A stretch of DNA of 64,000 bases from NCBI GenBank assembly GCA_019912395.1, contig JAIOIH010000050.1, positions 52,651 to 116,650 on the forward strand. Reading direction: 5' to 3'. This DNA is from Flavobacteriales bacterium. GTDB taxonomy: Bacteria > Bacteroidota > Bacteroidia > Flavobacteriales_F > PHOS-HE28. The notes beneath the pieces are model-generated. The model searched no databases. It saw only the letters and a list, made by a program, of their open reading frames with translations, and had not been told where the DNA came from. Shown piece by piece: positions 47,597 to 56,173 of the stretch (the first letter of the stretch is position 1; the number at the start of each line of letters is the position of its first letter). The translations under genes were made by a program, and so were the position numbers.

Positions 47597-47977
47597 TCAG
47601 CTCACTTCCTCCGAGCTCGCGAACTCCTCCATCCGTGTGATCAGGCCGTTCTCCACGGTATAGACCTGCACCCACTTTTGCTTCAGCTCCCGGCCGGACC
47701 GCTTGATCCGCTGATGTTCCCGGCCCAGCACCACCACCATCTTCCCTTCAACGATGTACTGCAGCGGCTCGAAGCTGATGATCTCGGTGAGCTTGAGGAT
47801 GTTGCTCAGGAAGTTGCGAGCGCCTTCCTTCTTCTCGAAGATCGATCGGGGAATGATCCGGGTGCCGTGGTAGATCCAGACCGTGTCCTCGGAAACCGTA
47901 TCCGCGAACTTGTCCAGGTCTCCGCTGCCGAATGCGGCGAACATGTTCTCCACTACTGCCTTCGGGGAATTCTCCAT
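47597..47977 (-). CDS. SnoaL-like / ketosteroid-isomerase-like NTF2-fold protein
   Basis: The ORF spans 47597..48010, with a probable start at ATG 47977 (MENSPKAVVENMFAAFGSGDLDKFADTVSEDTVW), the canonical SnoaL_2-type N-terminus. Confidence 0.75.
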   Translation of the reverse strand: MENSPKAVVENMFAAFGSGDLDKFADTVSEDTVWIYHGTRIIPRSIFEKKEGARNFLSNILKLTEIISFEPLQYIVEGKMVVVLGREHQRIKRSGRELKQKWVQVYTVENGLITRMEEFASSEEVS

Positions 47978-48210
47978 GGGGTGCTTCGTTCTTTTTCGGG
48001 TCTGTCCCAAAGGTAGGCGGCCTGATCTCCGGCGGGCGGAGGGAATGTCCTTCTCCGCTCGCGCTCGAAGTGACCGGACTTTTTAAGTGCGGTCCAGAAC
48101 CGGTGGTCATGTCGTGCGCCAGTTGTCGGGTGTCGGGTGTCGTGTGTCACATCGAGCGCAGTCGAGATGCGAGACACGACACGCGACAACACTCCCGTGG
48201 GATGCAGGAC

Positions 48211-48310
48211 CTTTCTGCTCCCGCAGGGTCTCTCGCAGAGGACCCTGCGGCATCAATAGTTCAGCAGGGTCCCGAGGGGAGACCCCTGCGGGAGAATAAG
48301 GCTCCCCGCC
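48211..48310 (+). repeat. REP-like double-hairpin element, copy D
   Basis: ctttctgctcccgcagggtctctcgcagaggaccctgcggcatcaatagttcagcagggtcccgaggggagacccctgcgggagaataag. Preceded at about 48125-48190 by a further imperfect inverted repeat (gtcgggtgtcgtgtgtc...gacacgacacgcgac). Confidence 0.8.
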
Positions 48311-48376
48311 ATAGCTGAGGATCGTCACCCCCGCATCCCCCGCGTTCCGCACCTTTATGGACCCTTCCGATCGCCC

Positions 48377-49180
48377 ATGACCCATATCCTCCTCCCCACC
48401 GACTTCAGCGATACCGCGCTCAAGGCCGCCCATTTCGCCATGGACCTCTACGGGGCCCGCAATGTGCGCTACACGCTGGTGAACACCTACCAGGTACAGG
48501 CATATCCCGATCCCCTGGTGCCGAACCTCACCCGGCTGGTGGAGCAGAATTCGCGGAACGGACTGCGCCGAGCGGAGCGCCGCTTGCGGAGACGAACGGA
48601 CCACGTGTACTTGGCGAAGGTGTCCACTTATGCACCCTTGCCCGAGGCGCTCAACAACATCGCGGCAAGCAAGGGTGCCGACCTGATCGTGATGGGTACC
48701 CAAGGGAAGGACAGCAACCGGCTGTTCGGCAGCAATGCCACCACCGTGGTGAAGCGGTCCGTGCTGCCGGTGATCACCGTGCCGGCGCAGTGGGAGCCGG
48801 AACCCCTCCGGCGCATCCTGCTGCCCATGGACGGCGAACCCTTCGACCCGGCATCCTTCCTCCCCCTCACCGACCTCGCCCACCGCTGTGGTGCCGAGAT
48901 CCTGGTGGCTCATGTGCGGACCAATGCGGTGGCCTTCGCAAAGGGCCTGGACCATGCCGCCATCGGCGAGGCGCTGAAGGCGGTGAACCATCGCTACGTC
49001 ACCGTGCATGGGGCCGATGTGGTGGAGACCGTGAACGAGCTGGTAGCGAACAGCCGCTTCCAACTGGTGGCCATGGTACACCGCAAGCGCGGTTTCCTGG
49101 GCGGGCTGTTCTCCAGCAGCACCACCAAGCAGATGGCCTTGCACACCAAGCTTCCGCTGCTGGTGCTGCGCCAGGGCTGA
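48377..49180 (+). CDS. tandem-domain universal stress protein (third paralogue)
   Basis: MTHILLPTDFSDTALKAAHFAM... then IVMGTQGKDSNRLFGSNATTVV. The second Usp half ends LPLLVLRQG. Confidence 0.85.
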   Translation: MTHILLPTDFSDTALKAAHFAMDLYGARNVRYTLVNTYQVQAYPDPLVPNLTRLVEQNSRNGLRRAERRLRRRTDHVYLAKVSTYAPLPEALNNIAASKGADLIVMGTQGKDSNRLFGSNATTVVKRSVLPVITVPAQWEPEPLRRILLPMDGEPFDPASFLPLTDLAHRCGAEILVAHVRTNAVAFAKGLDHAAIGEALKAVNHRYVTVHGADVVETVNELVANSRFQLVAMVHRKRGFLGGLFSSSTTKQMALHTKLPLLVLRQG

Positions 49181-49725
49181 ACCGCAGTGGAGGGCGGTAG
49201 CGCCGGGCGGCGATCTGCTCCTTTTGAACCACGGACCGTGCTTCGCACGCCGTCGCCAAAGCGCTATGGCGAAGGAACCCAAAGTGCTTCGCGACGGCGC
49301 GTAAACACGGATGCACACGGATGGAGGGCCGCGATGCCTTTTGCCGAGGGCCTGCATACCGAATACGCCCAATGCCGAAAGGCCTGAAGATGCCCACAGG
49401 CCTGAAGCCGCCGGGCCGAACAACGCCGATGCCAAAAAAAGCCGGAAGAGCCGAAGGCCTCGGGCCGGAACAGGAGGAATGGATAAAACGAATGGCGAGT
49501 TCGTTCAAGGCCTCTGGATCTTAGACCGCTTCGGGTGCATTGAATCCGGGGCTATCCCTCCACTGCCCCTTGATATCCTCCATCCAACTGGCGGTGCCCG
49601 CCGGAGGCATATCGAATTACAGGCGCACGTATACGGTATGCAGGCACCCGACAGCGCAGTGGGATCACTGGTCAAGCCGAGCGCCGGGGGGGGCCGGCGG
49701 GAGAATAAAAGGTCGCGTCCAACCC

Positions 49726-50208
49726 CTACTTCGCTGCCGTGTAGTGATGCTCCGTGAAGCGGTTCCAGCCTTTCTTGTTCTTCGACTCCACCGCCCAGTG
49801 GAAGCCGCCCTCCCCGTCCGGCCAGTAGACCTGCCGGGCCACGCCCGCCGGCATGTGCGCCTCGAAGCAGATCGCATTGGCATGGATGTCCGCCGCGCTG
49901 GTGAGCACGCCGATGGAATGCTTGCCATCCGAGGTGTAGGACCAGCAGGTGAGCATGCCATCGTCCACGCCGAAGATCGCGATCTCGGTGTAGCTGTTTT
50001 TTGCGAACCGCCAATCGGTGTTCAGTTGCATGTACTTCCCATCCAGCACCGATGTGAATTCACGCGTGCAGCGCAGCTTGCCCATGGGGCTATCCGCCGT
50101 GGCTACCCAACTGCCGAGCAGCGGGGCCAATGGCCCGAGCTTGCCGCGTCCTTTCTTCCAGTTCATGTTCCAGGTGTTGCTGCTGCGAAGTTGGGGAAGG
50201 AACGCCAT
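49726..50208 (-). CDS. hypothetical protein (DUF1579-like)
   Basis: 160-aa ORF. LAPLLGSWVATADSP...KYMQL resembles the DUF1579 'L..L.G.W' N-terminal pattern. The start may be ATG 50166. Confidence 0.5.
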   Translation of the reverse strand: MAFLPQLRSSNTWNMNWKKGRGKLGPLAPLLGSWVATADSPMGKLRCTREFTSVLDGKYMQLNTDWRFAKNSYTEIAIFGVDDGMLTCWSYTSDGKHSIGVLTSAADIHANAICFEAHMPAGVARQVYWPDGEGGFHWAVESKNKKGWNRFTEHHYTAAK

Positions 50209-50276
50209 TACCCAGAACGCGAACGCCCCCGTGCGGCGGCACGGGGGCGTATCCAGCGTAGAAGGATGTGGTGGCC

Positions 50277-50897
50277 TCAGGCCGCACGGGCCAACAGCGG
50301 CTCGCTCTTGCTGGTCTCACCGGCGGCGCCCACGGCGCTCACGGCGAACCAGTACTGCGTGCCTGACTTCAACTTCTCGGCGTTGAACTTCCGTTTGGTG
50401 GTGGTGCCGATCAACTCCCACTGGAAGGGATCGTTGGTGGCGCTCCGGAACACGAGGTAGGTGTCCGCACCTTTTTCACCTTGCCAAACGATGCTCACGC
50501 GGCCCTCCATGGTAGTGAAACGGGCCTGAAGGTTCACCGGCGGGTTCAGCTCACCGAGCGGCGTGCTGCGCTTCACCAGTTCAAAACCACTGCTGAGGAT
50601 CTTGTCGGCATCACCCCCGGAGGTGGCTTGTACGTATGCCAGCAAGCTCTTCACGTCAGCCTTCACCACTTTCAGCGCCTCGCGCTTGGCCTGGTGCTCG
50701 GCCTTGCCCCCGTTCACGTTCGCCGCTGCATTGGCCGCCGCCAGTGCATCGAGGTCCGCTTGTATGGTAACCAGTGGGGGCACTGGATCCGTATACAGTA
50801 CACTGGTCTTGAGCTTGTCAAGTATACCCTGTACTTTGGCCACGATCGCCGTGGCGGCGAGGCCGATAAGGCCCATTTTTCCTGTTGCCATTTTCAT
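50277..50897 (-). CDS. fibronectin type III domain-containing hypothetical protein
   Basis: The ORF spans 50277..50984, with probable starts at ATG 50897 or 50891 (MKMATGKMG). A helical N-half is followed by an FN3-like C-terminus: PPVNLQARF...VSIVWQGEKGADTYLVF...GTQYWFAVSAVGAAGETS. Confidence 0.65.
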   Translation of the reverse strand: MKMATGKMGLIGLAATAIVAKVQGILDKLKTSVLYTDPVPPLVTIQADLDALAAANAAANVNGGKAEHQAKREALKVVKADVKSLLAYVQATSGGDADKILSSGFELVKRSTPLGELNPPVNLQARFTTMEGRVSIVWQGEKGADTYLVFRSATNDPFQWELIGTTTKRKFNAEKLKSGTQYWFAVSAVGAAGETSKSEPLLARAA

Positions 50898-51090
50898 GTA
50901 GTTTGTGGCGTGGCACGCCTGGTTTTGGGGATTGAAACGACCCTTCCCCGGCGATGGATATCGGCCATTTAGCCGAGATAACAACTATCTCGCAGATAAT
51001 CAAGGACTTAAATTGAGCCGAAAGCCGAAAAACCACGCCAACAAGGGCCTTGGACGCTGAAGACAAGGCTGCCCCGCAGCTCAACGCGAG

Positions 51091-51384
51091 CAGGTTTCCG
51101 GAAATCTTGAACAGGTTTGGGGGAATCTTGAACAGGTTTCAAGGAATCTTGAACAGGTTTTCAGGAATCCTGAACAGGTTCCCGGAAATCTTGAACTGGT
51201 TTCAAGGAATCTTGAACAGGTTTGGAAAAATCTCGAACAGGTTTTCAGGAATCTTGAACAGGTTCCCGGAAATCTTGAACAGGTCTTCAGGAATCTTGAA
51301 CAGGTTTTCGGATATCCTGGACAGGTTTCCAGGAATCTTGCACAGGTTTCAAGGAAACTTGAACAGTTCTCCGAAGACCCTGAA
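51091..51384. repeat. 14 tandem copies of a 21-bp unit with internal dyad symmetry
   Basis: Units start every 21 nt from 51091. Consensus: caggttt[c/t]NNggaatcttgaa. Several units contain TTCAAG-gaat-CTTGAA or TTCAGG-aat-CCTGAA palindromes. Units 5 and 9 are identical. There is a partial 84-bp higher-order pattern (units 1~5~9, 4~8, 3~6, 2~7). Confidence 0.95.
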
Positions 51385-51480
51385 CATCATGCCGCGCATC
51401 ATCACTGTGAACTCGGTTGCCCGGCCCGAACATCGGCGGGTTCCGCCTCGCTGGACCGATAGGCACTCCGTAAGGTAAGC

Positions 51481-51741
51481 TCAACGTGCGGCCGCATCGG
51501 CAGCGATCCGCTCCTGCCCTGCTTGGCAATAGCAAGGCACCAGCCCCAGCCGCACCGCCTGAACCAGCAATTCCTGGCGGTTATGCACCTTGAACTTCCG
51601 GAACAAATTCTCCTTGTGCGACTTGAAGGTGCTCAACGTCATGCCCAGCAGGTCCGGCATCTCCTTCTCCAACCAGCAGGCGATGTCGCAAAGCAGGTGC
51701 AGCACCTGCAACTCCCTCGGCGTCAAATGGGGCACGTTCAT
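51481..51741 (-). CDS. stand-alone LuxR/GerE-type HTH transcriptional regulator
   Basis: The ORF spans 51481..51834, with a probable start at ATG 51741 (MNVPHLTPRELQVLHLL). LTPRELQVL...STFKSHKENLFRKFKVHNRQELV is the GerE HTH signature. No receiver or autoinducer domain is present. Confidence 0.75.
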   Translation of the reverse strand: MNVPHLTPRELQVLHLLCDIACWLEKEMPDLLGMTLSTFKSHKENLFRKFKVHNRQELLVQAVRLGLVPCYCQAGQERIAADAAAR

Positions 51742-52136
51742 GGATGGAGGATGGGTGGATCTGCACGCGAAGATGGTAGGGGCCTCCAGTACCTGCAATA
51801 CCCATAAAGGGGGATTTTGCAGGGGCATGGGCATACAGGCCGCGAAGCGGGATCGGCCCTCTTAGGCGAGCTGGTCCTATACCTTATATATACAGGTGGG
51901 CTGCTGAGCACGGCTCCCAGGGGTTTGGCTTCCTCGGCTTTCGGCCCTTCGGCCAAGGCATTCGGCTTTCGGCGGCTTCAGGCCCCTTGGCGGTTGGCGG
52001 CTTCAGGCTCTTTCGGTTGAAGAGGTGCTTTCGGTGAACGGTGAGGTGCTCCAGCGCTGGGCCCGCCGCCTCGGCGGGAAAGGCATTTAAGGCACCGATC
52101 ATTTCCTCATCGGTGCGCGCACCTATCTTGCTCCGC

Positions 52137-53081
52137 ATGCCAGGTCCGCTACTGCCCGACTACCTGCGGTTGAAGCGGGCCAATGGTCGTGCGCCCCATA
52201 AGCCCGTGCTCTTGCTGGCCGTGCTCAAGGCCATCGATGAAGGGCTGATCACCGAGAACCGGATCACCCCTTCCGCTGAACTGATCAACCTCTTCAATGG
52301 CTACTGGGCGGCGTTGGTGAAGGACAGCCCCTATCAACGACGCTTCTTCCTTCCCTTCTACCACTTGAAGAACGAGCACTCGGGCCTGTGGAAACTGCAT
52401 ACGTTGCCGGGCTTCGAGCACGGACTTACCCGCTCCAATTCCATCAAGAGCCTCAGCGCGCTCATCGCCTTCGATGCCTATGCGGAATTGCGCGCGGATG
52501 TTTTCGACCGCTGGCAAGATCGGGCGCATCGCGCTGCCGATCAGCTCATCCTTGTAGCGAAATACTTCACCGGCCAAGCCGTTCCCAACGCGTTGCCGGA
52601 CCACCTCCGCGAGATCGAACGCCAGATCGAGCACGATACACCGGAAGCCTATGTGGCACGCCAACTCCAACACCTGCAGGAAGAGGAGGAGGAAGAACAA
52701 GTGCTGCGCGGTGCCGCCTTCAAGCGCAAGATCCCTGAACTATACGGCTACCGCTGCGCCATCACGGGCCTGCATATCCAGCACAACAAACGGGCAAGCT
52801 TGATCGATGCTTGCCACATCGTTCCATGGGCCGATTCCTATGACGACACGATCACCAACGGCATCGCACTTTGCCCCAATATGCACCGCGCATTCGATCG
52901 AGGCCTCATCAGCATCGCAGCGGACTATACCGTGATCGTGTCCAACGAACTTCGGGAAGCGGATACGCCTTATGCCATCCGGCCCTTTGCCGGGAAGCGG
53001 TTGATCCTGCCGGATCACACACTACACCATCCGGCGTTGAAGAACTTGGCGATGCATCGGGAACGGTCCGGGTTCAATTGA
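52137..53081 (+). CDS. HNH (HNH_2-type) endonuclease with N-terminal reader-like domain; type IV-restriction-like
   Basis: The ORF spans 52041..53081, with a probable start at ATG 52137 (MPGPLLPDYL). N-terminal GRAPHKPVLLLAVLKAIDEG. C-terminal YGYRCAITG...IDACHIVPW...NGIALCPNMHRAFDRGLISI is the HNH_2 signature. Confidence 0.75.
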   Translation: MPGPLLPDYLRLKRANGRAPHKPVLLLAVLKAIDEGLITENRITPSAELINLFNGYWAALVKDSPYQRRFFLPFYHLKNEHSGLWKLHTLPGFEHGLTRSNSIKSLSALIAFDAYAELRADVFDRWQDRAHRAADQLILVAKYFTGQAVPNALPDHLREIERQIEHDTPEAYVARQLQHLQEEEEEEQVLRGAAFKRKIPELYGYRCAITGLHIQHNKRASLIDACHIVPWADSYDDTITNGIALCPNMHRAFDRGLISIAADYTVIVSNELREADTPYAIRPFAGKRLILPDHTLHHPALKNLAMHRERSGFN

Positions 53082-53089
53082 TGTAGCGG

Positions 53090-53353
53090 TCAATCACACG
53101 TGCCCATCTCATCCCGTGTACCTTCCTCGAAGATCATGACACGATGCCATGCCAAGTACTCTTCGCCGGGGCCGTCCGACTCCGCAGGTACCCGCAAGGC
53201 TTTGCCTTCAAAGGCCTTGAAATTCCGAGCTATCTCTTCTTCACGGAACCGTTTCCGAAGATGCTTGCCGCAAACCATGCGGAGATCGGGATCGAAGGTG
53301 ACCAGGCCGCGATCGAAGGCTTTGTCGTGGAGGGCGTTGAGGGCGATGTTGAT
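53090..53353 (-). pseudogene. 5'-truncated HNH_2 endonuclease remnant
   Basis: The reverse-strand frame reads **INIALNALHDKAFDRGLVTFDPDLRMVCGKHL...FEGKALRVP...YLAWH, which is the C-terminal half of an HNH_2 domain. It is preceded by in-frame TGA TAA (53359..53354), exactly where base composition drops. Confidence 0.75.
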
Positions 53354-53428
53354 TTATCAACAACACTTGGAAGTCACAATGCGATCGACTAATATGTCAT
53401 CCGCCAACTGACATAAATTCCGTCAACC

Positions 53429-53824
53429 ATGAGAACCTCCGACTCCTGCATCCCCAGCAATGAACGGCAAGCACTTCAATGGCTCATTCCTGCGCTGGAC
53501 AGCCCACTAAGTGACATGTCCCACGAAGATTTCCTCAAGGCATGGTTTTCAATCGGCTACCTCTATGGAGGGCTCCATCCCGACGAAGCCACTGACCATG
53601 GCACCGAGATCAGCATGAAGGCTGAAGGCCCGGATCGCTTCCGCTTGATCGAGCCTCGTTTGATCGCACCGTTCTATGTACAGAGTGGTTGGCCGGTGGT
53701 GCTTGCTCCGCTTGCGGACGAAGCATGGGCACGCTATGAAGATGGCCTACTGGAGGATGATGAGCTTTACTGCTATGAGGCACTCCAACACGGACTTCTG
53801 AAGCGCATCCTTATTCCTAGGTGA
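53429..53824 (+). CDS. hypothetical protein
   Basis: 131-aa ORF, the first gene inside the lower-GC segment. No family recognised. Confidence 0.45.
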   Translation: MRTSDSCIPSNERQALQWLIPALDSPLSDMSHEDFLKAWFSIGYLYGGLHPDEATDHGTEISMKAEGPDRFRLIEPRLIAPFYVQSGWPVVLAPLADEAWARYEDGLLEDDELYCYEALQHGLLKRILIPR

Positions 53825-53937
53825 TACGACCACAATGATGTGTACAAAATGAAGCGACAGAGTATCGGCAGATGCCCCCTATGGTTCTATGTTCGCAACG
53901 ACCACTCAGGTCATCCATTCCAAGAACTCAGCCGCAC

Positions 53938-55173
53938 ATGACCTATCGCGATTCAACAATCGGCGTAACTACTGTAGAAGACGGTAGTTCCTTGTTTCAC
54001 GGAATAGATGATTGGAGAACGAGTACGTTCGAAAACCCGAAAGCCACAATTAATGTTGGCACTTCTTTCAGCGGAATAGGAGCTATTGAGCATGCCTTTC
54101 AAAGGCTCAATTTGAATCACGAGATTCTATTTGCAGGCGACATCGACAAATTTGTCAAGCAGAGCTATTTTGCCAACTATGAGATAGGGCATAGGCATTG
54201 GCACTCAGATATTCACGACCTATCCGCTAAGAAATTCAACCAAAAAATTGACCTCCTGGTCGGCGGAAGTCCTTGCCAAGCATTTTCCATGGTTGGCAAG
54301 CGGCTTGGCTTAGAGGACACTCGGGGCACATTGTTTTATGAGTTTGCACGGCTCGTCAACGAATCAAAACCCAAGGTTTTTATTTATGAGAACGTTCGAG
54401 GCCTGACTAACCATGATGGAGGTCGGACATGGCAGGTTGTAAAGGATGTATTCCACGACCTTGGCTATAAAATTCATTTCGACTTGCTCAACAGTAAGGA
54501 TTACGGTATTCCGCAACATCGCGAGCGAATTTTCGTGGTCGGCTTTCTTGACCATGACGTTTCATTCAACTTTCCACAACCAGTGGAGTTGGAAAGGACG
54601 ATGCAGGACTTCCTCGAGGACTATACTGAATCGAAGTACTACCTGCGGGAGAAGGGAATCAAGTTCGTCACTAGCACGAAGAATAGACTTAAGCGCTATA
54701 CCCAAATCAATGGCGCTGTTGCCCTTTGTCAAAAAGCGAATCAGCAATTCAACTGGCATGGTGACTTTGTGTTCGATGATCGAGAGCTCAAAACGGACTT
54801 CGACGAATTCGTTTTTGACGTATCTGAAGTGGAGGAGAAGTACTACCTCTCGCCTAAGGTCAGCAAATATGTGCTCGCCGGTGGCACTAAGAACTTCAAG
54901 ACAAGCACAGAAACAGATCTTGCTGTAGCTCGACCATTGTTGCAATCGATGCATAAGATGCACCGCGCAGGAGTAGATAATTACGTAACTCATCGATATG
55001 GTCGCATTCGGAAACTCACCCCACGCGAGTGCCTACGACTTATGGGATTCAGGGACACCTTCAAAATCGATGTTAGTGACACACAGATGTATCGTCAAGC
55101 GGGCAACAGTATTGTTGTTGATGTATTGATTGCGATTTTGAAGCAGATGGACATCACGAAGTTCGGGCGATAA
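53938..55173 (+). CDS. dcm: DNA (cytosine-5)-methyltransferase
   Basis: Motif I FSGIGAIE, motif IV GGSPCQAFS, motif VI ENVRGL, motif VIII QHRERIFVVGF, motif IX RKLTPRECLRLMGF, motif X QAGNSIVV. The ORF opens at 53872; ATG 53938 was chosen as the start. Confidence 0.93.
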   Translation: MTYRDSTIGVTTVEDGSSLFHGIDDWRTSTFENPKATINVGTSFSGIGAIEHAFQRLNLNHEILFAGDIDKFVKQSYFANYEIGHRHWHSDIHDLSAKKFNQKIDLLVGGSPCQAFSMVGKRLGLEDTRGTLFYEFARLVNESKPKVFIYENVRGLTNHDGGRTWQVVKDVFHDLGYKIHFDLLNSKDYGIPQHRERIFVVGFLDHDVSFNFPQPVELERTMQDFLEDYTESKYYLREKGIKFVTSTKNRLKRYTQINGAVALCQKANQQFNWHGDFVFDDRELKTDFDEFVFDVSEVEEKYYLSPKVSKYVLAGGTKNFKTSTETDLAVARPLLQSMHKMHRAGVDNYVTHRYGRIRKLTPRECLRLMGFRDTFKIDVSDTQMYRQAGNSIVVDVLIAILKQMDITKFGR

Positions 55174-55183
55174 GCAGCTATTC

Positions 55184-56173
55184 ATGGCCGATGAAATACT
55201 GATTGAGGGGAAGCGCTTCGCGGTTATAGACGCGAAGGAGAAGATGACCATTGCGGATTCTTTCGTTATGCCCAGCAACAAACTTGGCAGTGGTAACGGT
55301 GAAGCCAAGTTTTACGTCGGTAATGAAGGGACTGAGGTTCGTGACTTTTTCGGACCTCACGGCTTTTCGATTAACTGTTTCATGTTGCGCGATGACCTAC
55401 TTAAATACCTCGAGGCAACAGAACCAGAGTATCGAAAACCAGAACAGCCATACCGTCGAGCTGAAAATCTCCCTCGTTTGTGGCAAGAACGTGTGGAAAA
55501 GATTCGCAGACTCCCCGAGATTATCTCTTTTCCTGCGCAAGAGCAAATCCAAATCAGCGGTCCAAGGATTTACATAAACTCGATAGGGAATCAATACTAT
55601 TCGCTCATTCGTGAAGTGTCGTTGCCGAACATCACGTATATAGCCGCAATCAAGCTTCGTGATTCAGTCGGCTCAATCAGCTACTACTTGCGATTGTTTG
55701 TTGACTACTTCGGTAATCAAGAGCACCCTTCCGAAGTTGCTGATGCAGCCGCTAAAATTGCCAACGAGAACATACCTGCGACAGAAAAAGAGCAACTTTC
55801 TAAAGCTCGTATAGGCCAAGGAAAATACCGAGATGGTTTATTACACGAGTGTCCATTCTGCCCTATTACTATGGTATCAGATGATCGGTTGCTAATTGCG
55901 AGTCACATCAAGCCTTGGAAAGACTCCTCCGACGTCGAACGTATCGACTCGAAAAATGGGCTCTTGCTCACCCCCACCTACGATAAGCTATTTGATTTAG
56001 GGCTTATCACGTTTGACAATGACAAGCGCATGCTTGTGTCTCCGTTTCTTTCTCGAATGACCTGCTCAAAGCTGAGCCTCGTGGACAAGCGCGTTATCAC
56101 ACACCTGCCCTTGGAAGGACGAAAGACATATATGGAATATCACCGAGATGTGAAGTTCAACCGCGCCGGTTGA
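55184..56173 (+). CDS. HNH_2-type restriction endonuclease (putative cognate type II REase)
   Basis: Starts 10 nt after the MTase gene. RIGQGKYRDGLLHECPFCPIT...LIASHIKPW...NGLLLTPTYDKLFDLGLITF is the HNH_2 nuclease signature. Confidence 0.8.
   Translation: MADEILIEGKRFAVIDAKEKMTIADSFVMPSNKLGSGNGEAKFYVGNEGTEVRDFFGPHGFSINCFMLRDDLLKYLEATEPEYRKPEQPYRRAENLPRLWQERVEKIRRLPEIISFPAQEQIQISGPRIYINSIGNQYYSLIREVSLPNITYIAAIKLRDSVGSISYYLRLFVDYFGNQEHPSEVADAAAKIANENIPATEKEQLSKARIGQGKYRDGLLHECPFCPITMVSDDRLLIASHIKPWKDSSDVERIDSKNGLLLTPTYDKLFDLGLITFDNDKRMLVSPFLSRMTCSKLSLVDKRVITHLPLEGRKTYMEYHRDVKFNRAG

Noticed and set aside
45002-48016. Long + strand ORFs 45002..45991 (329 aa) and 46835..48016 (393 aa)
   Set aside because: They are antisense to the MgtC-like, APC permease and SnoaL-like genes and run through the REP-like repeats. 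They are extremely rich in H/D/G/R/E.
48107-49435. 442-aa ORF on the - strand
   Set aside because: It is antisense to the third universal stress protein gene and spans repeat-rich intergenic DNA.
51091-51384. Possible CRISPR array (also considered for 47381..47588)
   Set aside because: The repeats are directly abutting with no unique spacers, and the unit lengths (21 bp, ~110 bp) are atypical. No cas genes are in the window.
51050-51478. 142-aa + strand ORF translating the 21-bp array into RF..ILN heptads
   Set aside because: Variation between units is not concentrated at synonymous positions. The post-repeat tail (SSPKTLNIMPRIITVNSVARPEHRRVPPRWTDRHSVR) is not protein-like. It has no obvious start context and is oriented against both neighbours. 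It is treated as non-coding DNA repeats, and translation remains a stated alternative.
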